Position numbers and translations under genes: made by a program. The notes below the pieces were generated by a model. The model had not been told where the DNA came from. It did not search any database and saw only the letters and a program-made list of their open reading frames with translations. From Gemmatimonadota bacterium (GTDB taxonomy: Bacteria; Gemmatimonadota; Gemmatimonadetes; Gemmatimonadales; GWC2-71-9), in the NCBI GenBank assembly GCA_039591655.1, contig JBDHDE010000003.1, forward strand, positions 15,093 to 79,092: DNA of 64,000 bases, given 5' to 3'. How positions within the stretch are numbered: the first letter of the stretch is position 1; every line of letters starts with the position of its first letter. Positions 23,068 through 33,129 of this stretch are shown here, one piece after another.

Positions 23068-24179
23068 CGCACGATCCTCGTCTCCGGCTTGAACACCGCC
23101 CACGCGAACCAGAAGTGATTGCCGTGGGTGATGGGCTCGAGCTGGGTACCGTTGAGCTCGCCCCGGATCGCCCGGCCCAGGATGTTCCACGTCGACCCAG
23201 TTTCCCTGTCCCGGAACAGCCCGTCTCCCACGGGCTCGAAGGTTAGCGTCCGTGAGGCGACTCTGCGGCTGAATACGCCACTCGCCCCGACGTCACGGCC
23301 GTCGGCGATCTCACGACTGTCCACCGAGCTCGCCATCCCGGGCGACCACAATACCACCAGCTCCACGCCTTCCACGTGGTCGTTCACCGCTCGCTTCTCC
23401 GACAGAGACGAGAACGGATACGCGACGGTGGCGTCATCCACGCTGAGCGCGACGATCCGCTCCATGGCGGGGAGCCGCTCGTCGGGGTCCGGGCCGAAGA
23501 AGCGCCGCCACGGCGAGCCGCCCTCCCGATCGTAGCGCTGATAGGGGTTCTCCCCGTAGGGCCGGCGATGACCGGTGTCCCGGGAGAGGACTCGGCCCTC
23601 GGGATGGGCCTCCTTGAAAGTCGCCCAGCTCACGAGCGGCGCCGCGATGAATGTGAGTTGCTCGCCGGCGTACTCACCCACGATCCCCTCGCCCGTGGCC
23701 TGCTGCCACCAGGTCTCGGTCTGACGGTCGTACATCACCAGATCGGAATGCCTGAGCCGGCCAGTGGTACCGAAGTCCAGCACGCGGCCGTCGAACCGGC
23801 GGTCGAAGGCCAGCGCCGTGTTGCAGAGCGGGCAGTACGTCACGGACACCGGCACGCCCCCGACCACGTCATTGGCGATCTCGTGCCATATGAGGATCTG
23901 CAGGGGATAAGCCTTGGCCTCTCCACCGATGGCGACCACCACCACCGGCTCCCGGTCATCGAGCCATCTGCCGGCTTCCCTGATGGAGACGAAGTCGGGG
24001 TCGTCGATGGAGGGGATGCCGTCCTTGGGCGGACCGCCGGAGACGATCTCGTCGAGGGGCACGGTGTGCTTCGAGAAGTCTGTTTCCCACGAGCCGCTGA
24101 ACTGCGCGTGGGCCGGGAGCGTAATGATGAGCACCGCCGGGAGAAGCATCGTGGCGGATCGGAGATATGGAACACGCAT
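23064..24179 (-). CDS. DUF3179-family secreted CxxC protein
   Basis: GGPPKDGIPSIDDP, AYP..IL.WHEIAND, TYCPLCNT, LVMYDRQTETWWQQ, FWFAW. Confidence 0.88.
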   Translation of the reverse strand: MRVPYLRSATMLLPAVLIITLPAHAQFSGSWETDFSKHTVPLDEIVSGGPPKDGIPSIDDPDFVSIREAGRWLDDREPVVVVAIGGEAKAYPLQILIWHEIANDVVGGVPVSVTYCPLCNTALAFDRRFDGRVLDFGTTGRLRHSDLVMYDRQTETWWQQATGEGIVGEYAGEQLTFIAAPLVSWATFKEAHPEGRVLSRDTGHRRPYGENPYQRYDREGGSPWRRFFGPDPDERLPAMERIVALSVDDATVAYPFSSLSEKRAVNDHVEGVELVVLWSPGMASSVDSREIADGRDVGASGVFSRRVASRTLTFEPVGDGLFRDRETGSTWNILGRAIRGELNGTQLEPITHGNHFWFAWAVFKPETRIVR

Positions 24180-24278
24180 GGCGCACGAGTCCCCGTACGG
24201 GGTAGGAGTATCGGTCCTGACTCCTTGGGTAACGAGGGCTGGAGCCGGGATGTTCCGCCGGCTTCCGACTCGCGCAGG

Positions 24279-26075
24279 CTACTCCTGCGGATCAACTAGG
24301 CTGATCAGCGTCTGACCCGACTTGGGGGTGGGGGGACTCACGGCGGTGAGCACCTGCACCCGGCCCGACTCACCGATGGCGAACATCGGTATCGCCGACT
24401 CACCGTACAGCGCGAGGAACCCGTCGAAGTCGAACTCCTCGGTGAGCTTGTTCGTCTTGATCACGGCGCCCGACGCGAAGCGGGAGCTGAGATGTTCGTG
24501 GGTGGCCTCGGGCCGAAACAGGAACCGGCCGCGCAGGTGCTGGGGGATACCCGGATCTTCGCGGCCCTCGCGCTTCTTCGGGACGACCTGGTAGGTCTGC
24601 GACCGCTCGAAGATGTCGCCGAAATGGATCGCGGTGAGCGCATTCACTTCGTCGTTCGGCGTGAGGGCCAGGAGGCGGCCGATGCCGTCCAGTTCGAGCT
24701 CGAGGCGCTCGAGGGCCTGCTCGGTGAGCACGTTGGCATAGTGCGCCTTGAGCCCTGCGCGCCGGGCCGCGGCCACGTTGCCCCAGTTCGAATCCGCCAG
24801 CATCACCCGCACGCCCTGCTGATCTAGGGCCTTGGACATGTCACGGACCCAGGAAGCTGCGCCAACGATGAGCATGCCCTGTGGGTTGGGGGTGGCGACG
24901 CCGAGCCAGCGGGCGAGCAGCGGGGTCACGATGCCGTAGAACGCTACCGTACCGACGATCACCAGAAACGTGAGCGGCACCAGCCGGGCCGCCGAAGTGT
25001 CACCCAGGCGGACGAGCTCGTAGGCGAACACCGATGCCACGGCCGCGGCCACGATGCCCCGGGGCGCGATGAACCCCAGGAAGATGCGCTCCCGCCAGTT
25101 GAACTTTGACCGCCACGTGGAGATGGCTATCGCCGCTGGGCGCACCACAAGGATGAGACCTGCCAGGAACGCGAGGCTCCCGGCGCTCATGTAGTCCGGA
25201 TCCCGTAGCGGCAGGCGCGCCGCCAGGATGATGAACAGCACCGAGATCAAGAGCACCCGGAGGTTCTCCTTGAACTCGACGATGTGCCGTACCGTGACGA
25301 ACTGCTGACTCGCCAGGGCGATGCCCATCAGCGTCACGGCCAGCAGGCCCGATTCGGCCTGGATCTGGTTGGAAGCGGCGAAGATCAGAATAACCACCGT
25401 CAGCGCCACCGGGCTCTGCAGATAGTCGGGAATCCAGTAGCGGCGCAACAGGAGAACGACGACGCCCGCTCCGGCTAGTCCGAAGGCGCCGCCGGTCAGT
25501 GCCGCCTTCAGCACCCCGAGTCCGGCGACGGCAAGACCCTGCTCGAATCCGCCGGCCACGACCGCCTCGAAGACCAGCACGGCCAGGATCGCCCCGATGG
25601 GGTCGTTCACGATCCCCTCCCACTTCACGGCCGTGCCCACTCGGACGTCGGGCCTGATGTGGCGGAGCAGCGGGATGATCACGGTCGGCCCCGTTACGAC
25701 GAGGATCGCGCCGAACAGGATTGCGAGCTCCAAGTCGAGCCCCGGGAGGAGGTACGCTAGGACGGTGGCGAGGAGCCAGGTGACCGGCACGCCGATAATG
25801 ATCAGGTTGCGGACGATGCGCCCGACCTGCTTGAGCTCGGCGATGTCCAGGCTCAGGCCGCCCTCGAACAGGATGACCGCTACCGACAGCGAGACGATGG
25901 GCAGCAGGAGATCGCCGAGCAGCGCATCGGGCCGGATGAATCCGGCGACCGGGCCGGCGACGAACCCGGCTACCAGGAGGATCAGTATCGCAGGCAGCCG
26001 CAGCCGCCACGCCAGCCATTGGGAGCCGACGCCGAGAACGACGATGCTCGCGAGTCCCACCAGGAGGTGCTCCAC
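24279..26075 (-). CDS. CPA1 (NhaP-like) cation:proton antiporter with RCK-like C-terminus
   Basis: ILFEGGL, VTGPTVI, WEGIVNDPIG, PRGIVAA; many TM segments. Confidence 0.92.
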   Translation of the reverse strand: MEHLLVGLASIVVLGVGSQWLAWRLRLPAILILLVAGFVAGPVAGFIRPDALLGDLLLPIVSLSVAVILFEGGLSLDIAELKQVGRIVRNLIIIGVPVTWLLATVLAYLLPGLDLELAILFGAILVVTGPTVIIPLLRHIRPDVRVGTAVKWEGIVNDPIGAILAVLVFEAVVAGGFEQGLAVAGLGVLKAALTGGAFGLAGAGVVVLLLRRYWIPDYLQSPVALTVVILIFAASNQIQAESGLLAVTLMGIALASQQFVTVRHIVEFKENLRVLLISVLFIILAARLPLRDPDYMSAGSLAFLAGLILVVRPAAIAISTWRSKFNWRERIFLGFIAPRGIVAAAVASVFAYELVRLGDTSAARLVPLTFLVIVGTVAFYGIVTPLLARWLGVATPNPQGMLIVGAASWVRDMSKALDQQGVRVMLADSNWGNVAAARRAGLKAHYANVLTEQALERLELELDGIGRLLALTPNDEVNALTAIHFGDIFERSQTYQVVPKKREGREDPGIPQHLRGRFLFRPEATHEHLSSRFASGAVIKTNKLTEEFDFDGFLALYGESAIPMFAIGESGRVQVLTAVSPPTPKSGQTLISLVDPQE

Positions 26076-26109
26076 CGGCTACTCCGCGAAAGCGTCGAGT
26101 GGGGGCATC

Positions 26110-26577
26110 TCAGAATGCCGGCGGCGCCGGCATGTCGCCACCCCGGACCGTGACCAGCCCGTCACACCGGGCGCACACCCTGCCGTGCTGGTCCTTGAGT
26201 TCGGCGGCGGAAAAAATGAGGGTCTTCCCCGGCCGCACCACCCGACCCACCGCTTCGAAGCGATCTCCCCGGACGGGGTGTTGGTACTGCATGGAGAGCT
26301 GGACCACGCCGACGCGACCGCCCCCCGTATGAACGTACGCCGAGAATCCGATGGCGAGGTCGAAGACGCCGGCGATCACGGCACCGTTCACCGCGTCGGT
26401 TCCCATCCCTCCCCGGTGGAAGTCCTGGATGGGATCCACTGTGGCTCGCACGATGCCTGGGGTGGAGAAGTCGAACTGCACCCCCATGTGGCGCATGCCG
26501 GGGTGGGCGTTCCACTCGGCCTGGAACTTGGCGAGCTCGCCCTCGGTGAGCTTGGGAAGCTGGGGAGTGTTGCTCAT
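26110..26577 (-). CDS. PaaI-family hotdog thioesterase
   Basis: VNGAVIAGVFDLAIG, LSMQY..PV, GRVVRPGKTL. Confidence 0.85.
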   Translation of the reverse strand: MSNTPQLPKLTEGELAKFQAEWNAHPGMRHMGVQFDFSTPGIVRATVDPIQDFHRGGMGTDAVNGAVIAGVFDLAIGFSAYVHTGGGRVGVVQLSMQYQHPVRGDRFEAVGRVVRPGKTLIFSAAELKDQHGRVCARCDGLVTVRGGDMPAPPAF

Positions 26578-26597
26578 GCGCTGCTCGCTGCTCGAGT

Positions 26598-27383
26598 CTA
26601 GGTCTTAGCGAGGGAGCTACCGCCGTCCACGACGATGACGGCGCCGGTGATCCAAGCGCCGCCGGGACTGGCCAGGTACAGCACGACGTTGGCGATGTCC
26701 TCCGCAGTTCCCCAGCGCCCCAGGGGAATCTGCCGGCGCATCTGCTCATCGATGGCTGCCGTCCCGTCGTCGCCGACGGCAAAGGCCTTCGTCGCGCCCT
26801 CCGTGGGGATCGGCCCCGGCGCCACGGCGTTCACGGTGATGTTGTCCGGCGCCCACTCGAGGGCGAGGGTTTTGGTGAGCGCGTCCACACCGGCCTTCGC
26901 CGCGGTTGCGTGGGCCATCTGCGGCCAACCCCTGTAATGCAGGGTCATGGAGATGGATATGATGCGTCCGCCGCTCTGCTGCGCCATCGCAGGGTAGACC
27001 GCCTGCGAGCAGAAGAACGAGCCGTAGAGGTCGGTCTCAACCACCGCCCGCCAGCCGTTGGGCGACAGCTCGGCCGACGGCGCGTAGAAGTTGCCGGCCG
27101 CGTTGTTCACTAGCAGGTCCACGCGGCCGAAGGCGTCGAGTGCGCGGTCGACCATGGCCCGAGTCGACTCGGGTTGGCGGACGTTTGTCTGCACGGCCAG
27201 CACCCGGCCGCCGTGCTTCCCGAGCTGCTGTGCCGCGGCGTCCAACCTCTCCTGCTTGCGGCTGGCGATCACGACGTCGGCCCCGTGCCGAGCCAGCGCG
27301 GTGGCGATGCCCAATCCGATGCCCGTGCCGCCGCCCGTGACGAGGCCGACCTGGCCTTCGAGTAAGCCCTCTCGAAAGATCAC
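26598..27383 (-). CDS. SDR oxidoreductase, 2,4-dienoyl-CoA reductase-like
   Basis: VTGGGTGIG, LVNNAAGNF, LSPNGW, AAKAGV, VNAVAPGPI; GTG start inferred. Confidence 0.9.
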   Translation of the reverse strand: MIFREGLLEGQVGLVTGGGTGIGLGIATALARHGADVVIASRKQERLDAAAQQLGKHGGRVLAVQTNVRQPESTRAMVDRALDAFGRVDLLVNNAAGNFYAPSAELSPNGWRAVVETDLYGSFFCSQAVYPAMAQQSGGRIISISMTLHYRGWPQMAHATAAKAGVDALTKTLALEWAPDNITVNAVAPGPIPTEGATKAFAVGDDGTAAIDEQMRRQIPLGRWGTAEDIANVVLYLASPGGAWITGAVIVVDGGSSLAKT

Positions 27384-27555
27384 CGTGTCTCCGCGGTTTG
27401 AAGTGGGGGTGCCTCGGCCCCGAAGATAACCACCGGCCGTCGCATGTCCCACTAGCGCCGGCGACGCTGTGGCTCCGGGTATATTGCACCGCGGGGTCCA
27501 AGGGGGCCTGCGAAGGGACGTGCCGCCCACGGCACGCGGGAGCGAGGAGGTGAGA

Positions 27556-28923
27556 ATGGCCATCGAGTCCATCAACCCCACCAGCGGCGAGCGGATCGCC
27601 ACCTATCGCGAGGTCTCACGTGAGGAGGTGACCGCCATTCTCGCTGCTGCCGACCGGGCTTTCCACCGGTGGCGGCGGGTGGACTTCGCCGAACGGTCGG
27701 AGTTGATGCGGCGGGCGGCGGCCGTGCTGCGTGAGCGTGCCAAGGAGTACGCCATCCTCATGGCGCAGGAGATGGGGAAGCCGCTCGCCCAGGGGCGAGC
27801 GGAGGTCGATAAGTGCGCCTGGGTGTGCGACTACTACGCCGACAACGCCGCGGCCTTCCTCGCCCCGGAGCAGATCGAAACGGACGCGTCGAAGAGCTTC
27901 GTCACGCATCAGCCCCTGGGCGTGGTCCTCGCCGTGATGCCGTGGAACTTCCCGCTGTGGCAGGTATTCCGGTTTGCTGCGCCTGGCTTGATGGCGGGCA
28001 ACGCCGGGGTCTTGAAGCACTCCTCCAACGTGATGGGGTGCGCCACGGCGATCGAGTCGGTGTTCCACGACGCGGGATTCCCGCACGACCTCTTCCGCAC
28101 GCTGGTGCTCGGCTCCTCCCGCGTGATGGACGTGATCAACGCCCCCGAGGTGCGCGCCGTCACCCTGACCGGCAGCGGGCCCGCCGGCAGGGCGGTGGCC
28201 GCCGCGGCCGGCGCTGCGCTCAAGAAGACCGTGCTGGAGCTGGGCGGAAGCGACCCGTACGTGGTGCTGGAGGACGCCGATCTGGAGGAGGCGGCCGACA
28301 CCTGCGTCAACTCCCGTCTCATCAACAGCGGCCAGAGCTGCATCGCCGCCAAGCGGTTCATCGTGGTCGAGCCGGTGCTGGAGGTGTTCGAGGCGCTCTA
28401 CGTCGAGAAGATGCGGGTCAAGACGATGGGGGATCCCCTCGTAGAGGGCGTGGACGTGGGCCCCCAGGCGCGGGCGGACCTGCGGGACGACCTGCACCGC
28501 CAGGTCGCGGCGTCGGTGCAGGCCGGCGCCCGGGTGCTGCTCGGCGGGGAGATCCCCGAGGGTCCCGGCGCGTTCTACCCGCCCACCGTGTTGAGCGGGG
28601 TCTGCCCGGGGATGCCGGCCTACGACGAAGAGATGTTCGGGCCGGTGGCGGCGATCATCGCCGCGGAAGACGAGGCCGACGCGATCCGGATTGCCAACGA
28701 CAGCCCCTTCGGCCTGGGCGCCGCCGTGTTCACCGGGAATGCGGCCCGGGGGGAGCGCATCGCGTCGGAGGAGCTGGAGGCCGGCTCGTGTTTCGTCAAC
28801 GCGCTCGTGAAGTCGGATCCCCGACTGCCGTTCGGCGGGATCAAGGAGTCGGGCTACGGCCGCGAGCTGGCCGTGTTCGGGATCCGGGAGTTCGTGAACG
28901 TGAAAACGGTGTGGGTGAAGTAG
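27556..28923 (+). CDS. NAD(P)-dependent succinate-semialdehyde dehydrogenase-like aldehyde dehydrogenase
   Basis: GAGGAGG RBS; MPWNFPLWQ, LTGS, LELGGSDP, GQSCIAAKR, EEMFGP, PFGGIKESGYGREL. Confidence 0.93.
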   Translation: MAIESINPTSGERIATYREVSREEVTAILAAADRAFHRWRRVDFAERSELMRRAAAVLRERAKEYAILMAQEMGKPLAQGRAEVDKCAWVCDYYADNAAAFLAPEQIETDASKSFVTHQPLGVVLAVMPWNFPLWQVFRFAAPGLMAGNAGVLKHSSNVMGCATAIESVFHDAGFPHDLFRTLVLGSSRVMDVINAPEVRAVTLTGSGPAGRAVAAAAGAALKKTVLELGGSDPYVVLEDADLEEAADTCVNSRLINSGQSCIAAKRFIVVEPVLEVFEALYVEKMRVKTMGDPLVEGVDVGPQARADLRDDLHRQVAASVQAGARVLLGGEIPEGPGAFYPPTVLSGVCPGMPAYDEEMFGPVAAIIAAEDEADAIRIANDSPFGLGAAVFTGNAARGERIASEELEAGSCFVNALVKSDPRLPFGGIKESGYGRELAVFGIREFVNVKTVWVK

Positions 28924-28964
28924 GCGGGAAGCTGGGGAAGGGGCCGAAGTGAGGCCTACCCTCG

Positions 28965-29678
28965 CTACGGATTCGTGGGCCTGATATCCAGCTCCGAGAC
29001 CAGCGCCCGGTCGGGCAGCTCGAGGGCGGCCAGGACTGTCGCCGCCACGTCTTCCGCCTGCAGCTTCCGCTCCGGACTTGCCAGCTCCGATCCCGACTTG
29101 TCGAAGAAGGGCGTCACCACTGATCCGGGGCAGATCGCCACGACCCGGATGCCTTCTTTGCGAACCTCCCCGAACAGCGACTTGGAGAACCCCAGCACCG
29201 CATGCTTCGAGGCGGCATAGGCTGCGCCGCCCGGCACCGGATTGCGGCCGGCCAGGCTGGCGATGTTGACGATATGGCCGCTGCCGCGGCGCCTCATTTC
29301 CGGGAGAACCGCCCGGGTCATCAGGAAGACGCCGCGCACGTTCACCGCCATGGTCTCGTCGAACTGCGCGACTGTCATATCCGCGACGGGCGCGAAGTGT
29401 GCCAGGCCGGCGTTGTTGACCAGGACGTCGGCGGGGCCGAGACCCTCACGAGCCAATTCGGCAAAGGCCGCGACGCTGGCCTCATCAGCCACGTCGCACG
29501 CCTGCCCCACTGCCATTACCCCGCGCTCCTCGAGTTCGTCCAGTATGGCATCCACGCGGTCGGCGGTTCGGGCGCATACGGCGAGGCGGGCGCCCCGGTC
29601 GCCGAGGGCGAGGGCTATGGCCCGGCCGATCCCCTCAGTGGCGCCGGTGACGATGCAGTTGGCGTTTCGGAGATCCAT
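28965..29678 (-). CDS. SDR oxidoreductase
   Basis: VTGATEGIG, LVNNAG, NIASLAG, YAASK. Confidence 0.92.
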   Translation of the reverse strand: MDLRNANCIVTGATEGIGRAIALALGDRGARLAVCARTADRVDAILDELEERGVMAVGQACDVADEASVAAFAELAREGLGPADVLVNNAGLAHFAPVADMTVAQFDETMAVNVRGVFLMTRAVLPEMRRRGSGHIVNIASLAGRNPVPGGAAYAASKHAVLGFSKSLFGEVRKEGIRVVAICPGSVVTPFFDKSGSELASPERKLQAEDVAATVLAALELPDRALVSELDIRPTNP

Positions 29679-29790
29679 GTCGAGTAAGGTACTGCCGAAG
29701 TGACGTCTGCCTAAGGGGCGTGGATGGCGGGCTTGCGAGTGGCAGGGAGCCGGGCCATGTTCCGAATCCCCCGAATCAGGAGGTGAAGAC

Positions 29791-31887
29791 GTGCGTGTCT
29801 ATACGGGAGAGGCGATCCGGAATGTCGCGGTCGTCGGCCACGGCGCGAGCGGCAAGACGAGCCTCGTTGATGCCCTCGCGTTCGTGGCCGGAAGCAGTAC
29901 ACGACATGGCCGGGTCGAAGACGGAACCGCGCTCACCGACTACACCCCCGACGAAATCGATCGGCAGTACTCCATCAACCTCGCCCTCGCCCACGCCGAG
30001 TGGAACAAGGTCAAGATCAATCTGATCGATACCCCGGGTTACCTGGACTTCATGGGTGACGCCATGGCCGGTGTGTATGCGGCCGACGCCGCGCTGGTGG
30101 TGGTCGGCGCCACGTCAGGGGTGGAGGTCGGCACCGAGAAGGTCTGGGAATTCGCCGAGGAGCGCGGCATCCCGCGGCTCTTCTTCATGTCGCTACTGGA
30201 CAAGGAGCATGCCGATTTCGAGAAGGTCTACCAGGACATCAAGCAGCACCTCACCCCTAAGGTCGTCCCGATCGAGATCCCGGTTGGCGAGGGACCCGAG
30301 TTCAAGGGAATCGTCAACCTGTTTTCGAAGAAGTGCCACATGTACAAGAAGGGGACCAAGACCGGGGAGTACGACGAGGTTGACGTCCCCGAGGAGTACC
30401 AGGAGCGGGTCGAGAAGTACTCACAAGAGCTGATGGAGACCATCGCCACGACCAGTGACGATCTCCTGGAGCGGTACCTGGGAGGTGACGAGATCTCACG
30501 GGACGAAGCGATCGCGGCCATGAAACAGGGTGCGGCCGACGGTGAGATCTGCCCGCTCCTGTGCGGGTCGGGCCATCTGACGTATGGCGTCCGTGCACTT
30601 CTGACGAAGCTCGTGGAGGTTGTGCCCGCGCCCACGGACCGGCCGCCTGCGCAGGCAGAGAAGTGGGGCAGCGCTGAGAAGATCGAGCTCAAGCCGAGCG
30701 ACGAAGCGCCGTTCGTCGCGCAGGTCTTCAAGACGGTCTCGGAGCCCCACGTGGGCGACGTGTCGTTCTTCCGGGTCTATTCGGGGAGCGTGTCGAACGG
30801 CATGGATGTCTACAATGCGCCGCGCAGCTCCACCGAGAAGCTCAATCATCTCTCTGTGGCGCAGGGGAAGGAGCGGAGCGAGGCTCCAATGCTGCACGTG
30901 GGTGACATCGGCGTGGTGGCCAAACTCAAGGACACGCACACCAACGACACACTGTCAACGCAGAGCAACCAGGTGGTGCTGCCCAAGATCCCCTTCCCCG
31001 GGCCACTCACGGTGCTCTCTGTGAAGGTCAAGCAGCGGGGCGAAGAGGACAAGCTCTCCACCGGGCTGCAGAAGCTGCACGAGGAAGACCCGACTTTCCA
31101 CAGCCGGTTCGAGGCGGAGCTGTCGCAGACGCTGATCAGCGGACGGGGAGAGCGGCACCTGGAGATCATCGTCGGCCGCCTGGAGCGGAAGTTCGGCGTG
31201 CACGCTGAGCTGGGGAAGCCGCGCGTGGCGTACCGCGAGACGTTCAAGGGGAAGGGCGACGGACAGGGCCGCCACAAGAAGCAGACCGGCGGCCGCGGCC
31301 AGTTCGGCGACTGCTGGATCCGCATCGCGCCGCTGCCGCGGGGGACGGGCTACGAGTTCGACAATAAGATCAAGGGCGGTGTGATTCCCAACAAGTACAT
31401 CCCCGCGGTGAACAAGGGGATCCAGGAGGCTGCACATCGGGGTGTGCTGGCGCACTTCCCCGTTGTGGATTTCAAGGTCGAGTGCTACGACGGATCGTAT
31501 CACGATGTGGACTCGAGCGAGCAATCGTTCAAGATGGCGGGCATCTTGGCGTTCCGGAACGTGGCGCCGAAGGCGAAGCCGGTACTGCTCGAGCCGATTC
31601 TCCAGGTCGAGGTGTGGACGCCCGAGGAGAACCTCGGGGAGGTGATGGGGGATCTGTCCTCCCGGCGGGGCCAGATTCTGGGGAGCGAGCCCGACAAGCG
31701 CCTGACGAGGGTGAAGGCCTACGTGCCGGAAGCGGAGATGTATCGGTACGCCACACAGCTCCACTCGATGACCCACGGGCGTGGTACGTTCCATTGGGAC
31801 TTCTCGACGTACCAGGAGGTGCCGCCCGACGTCGCCGAGAAGGTCAAGGCGGAGCGAGAGCGCGAGCTGGAGGAGGAGAAGAAATAG
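29791..31887 (+). CDS. Elongation factor G paralog (EF-G2-like)
   Basis: GHGASGKT, DTPGYLDF, EEDPT, GERHLEI, KKQTGGRGQFG, DGSYHDVDSS; not in an rpsL-rpsG-tuf context; AGGAGG RBS. Confidence 0.92.
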   Translation: MRVYTGEAIRNVAVVGHGASGKTSLVDALAFVAGSSTRHGRVEDGTALTDYTPDEIDRQYSINLALAHAEWNKVKINLIDTPGYLDFMGDAMAGVYAADAALVVVGATSGVEVGTEKVWEFAEERGIPRLFFMSLLDKEHADFEKVYQDIKQHLTPKVVPIEIPVGEGPEFKGIVNLFSKKCHMYKKGTKTGEYDEVDVPEEYQERVEKYSQELMETIATTSDDLLERYLGGDEISRDEAIAAMKQGAADGEICPLLCGSGHLTYGVRALLTKLVEVVPAPTDRPPAQAEKWGSAEKIELKPSDEAPFVAQVFKTVSEPHVGDVSFFRVYSGSVSNGMDVYNAPRSSTEKLNHLSVAQGKERSEAPMLHVGDIGVVAKLKDTHTNDTLSTQSNQVVLPKIPFPGPLTVLSVKVKQRGEEDKLSTGLQKLHEEDPTFHSRFEAELSQTLISGRGERHLEIIVGRLERKFGVHAELGKPRVAYRETFKGKGDGQGRHKKQTGGRGQFGDCWIRIAPLPRGTGYEFDNKIKGGVIPNKYIPAVNKGIQEAAHRGVLAHFPVVDFKVECYDGSYHDVDSSEQSFKMAGILAFRNVAPKAKPVLLEPILQVEVWTPEENLGEVMGDLSSRRGQILGSEPDKRLTRVKAYVPEAEMYRYATQLHSMTHGRGTFHWDFSTYQEVPPDVAEKVKAERERELEEEKK

Positions 31888-31929
31888 GCCGGCGTGCGGT
31901 CGGCCGATGCGAAGCGGGTCCGGGGTGTC

Positions 31930-33129
31930 CTAGGCCCGCTTCTTCTTGGTGGCCCGCCGTCCGCCGTTGCGGGAGCGCTTGCGCTGCGCCGGCTTGGCAC
32001 GCCGCTGCCGGGCCTGCTCGAGCGACGTCAATCCGTACTCCGGGTCGTGAATGCCGACCGACACCAGGGTTCCCTCTCTCGGCTGCTTCCAGACGTAGCG
32101 CTCGCCCCGGTAGTTACGCAGCACGACCTCGTCCTCGTTGATCGCTTCCACGTACTCGGGGAGCAGCGGAACCTTGCCGCCCCCGCCGGGTGCGTCGATG
32201 GCAAAATGCGGGACGGCCAGACCACTGGTCCAGCCGCGCAGGCCCTCGACGATCTCTAGTCCCTTCTCGACGTTTGTCTTGAAGTGCTCCACGCCGGCCA
32301 CGTTGTCGCACATGTAGAGGTAGTACGGGCGCACCCGCGCTGCTACGAGCCTCTGCATCAGCTCCTTCATGACCTCGACGTCGTCGTTGACGCCCTCGAG
32401 CAGGACCGTCTGGCACCCCAACGGCACTCCGGCGTCGGCGAGCCGGCCGAGCCCCTTCACCGCGGCGGGCGTGAGCTCGATAGGATGATTGAAGTGCGTG
32501 TTGATGTATAGCGGGTGGTACTTCTTCAGCACCTTGCACAACTGGGGCGTGATCCGCTCCGGGAGGTGGCACGGTACCCTGCTCCCGATGCGGATGACCT
32601 CCAAATGGTCGATGCTGCGCAGCCGGCCCAGTATGAGATCGAGGCGGCGGTCGGACAGCATGAGGGGGTCGCCGCCCGACAGGATCACGTCGCGGATCTC
32701 TTGGTGCTCCTCCAGATAGCGGAAGGCGCTCTCCAACCGCGCCATGGAGATCTTCTCGGGATCGCCGACCTTGCGGCGCCGTGTGCAGAAGCGGCAGTAC
32801 GCGGCGCACACGGGGCTGACCAGGAACAGCGCACGGTCGGGGTAGCGATGCGTGATGTTGGGTACCGGGCTGTCCTCGTCCTCGTTGAGGCTGTCGAGCA
32901 CGCCGTCGACGACCTCCAACTCCAGCAGGTCGGGAACGTACTGGCGCCAGATGGCATCGCCGGGTTCCTGGATCAGATCCACCATCGCCGGGGAGATCCG
33001 AAACTCGAAGTTGTCCACGGCTTCCTGGAGCCGGTGCAAGTCCGGGAAGTGCTCGGCCCCGAACCTGTCGACGAGCTGTCGCAGGGAGCGGAGGCTCCGC
33101 TCGTGGAGGAGCTTCTGCCAATCAGCCAT
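31930..33129 (-). CDS. KamA-family radical SAM protein, lysine 2,3-aminomutase-like
   Basis: THRYPDR, CAAYCRFC, LSGGDPL, THFNHP, PYYLYMCD, IDAPGGGGKVP (PLP Lys). Confidence 0.93.
   Translation of the reverse strand: MADWQKLLHERSLRSLRQLVDRFGAEHFPDLHRLQEAVDNFEFRISPAMVDLIQEPGDAIWRQYVPDLLELEVVDGVLDSLNEDEDSPVPNITHRYPDRALFLVSPVCAAYCRFCTRRRKVGDPEKISMARLESAFRYLEEHQEIRDVILSGGDPLMLSDRRLDLILGRLRSIDHLEVIRIGSRVPCHLPERITPQLCKVLKKYHPLYINTHFNHPIELTPAAVKGLGRLADAGVPLGCQTVLLEGVNDDVEVMKELMQRLVAARVRPYYLYMCDNVAGVEHFKTNVEKGLEIVEGLRGWTSGLAVPHFAIDAPGGGGKVPLLPEYVEAINEDEVVLRNYRGERYVWKQPREGTLVSVGIHDPEYGLTSLEQARQRRAKPAQRKRSRNGGRRATKKKRA

Noticed and set aside
21499..24179. Additional selenoproteins (TlpA, DUF3179)
   Set aside because: Both CxxC motifs are encoded by Cys codons and the frames have no in-frame TGA
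31930..33129. EpmB of the EF-P beta-lysylation pathway or KamA of lysine fermentation
   Set aside because: No efp, epmA or kamDE/kdd genes nearby; coupled instead to GNAT and ATP-grasp genes
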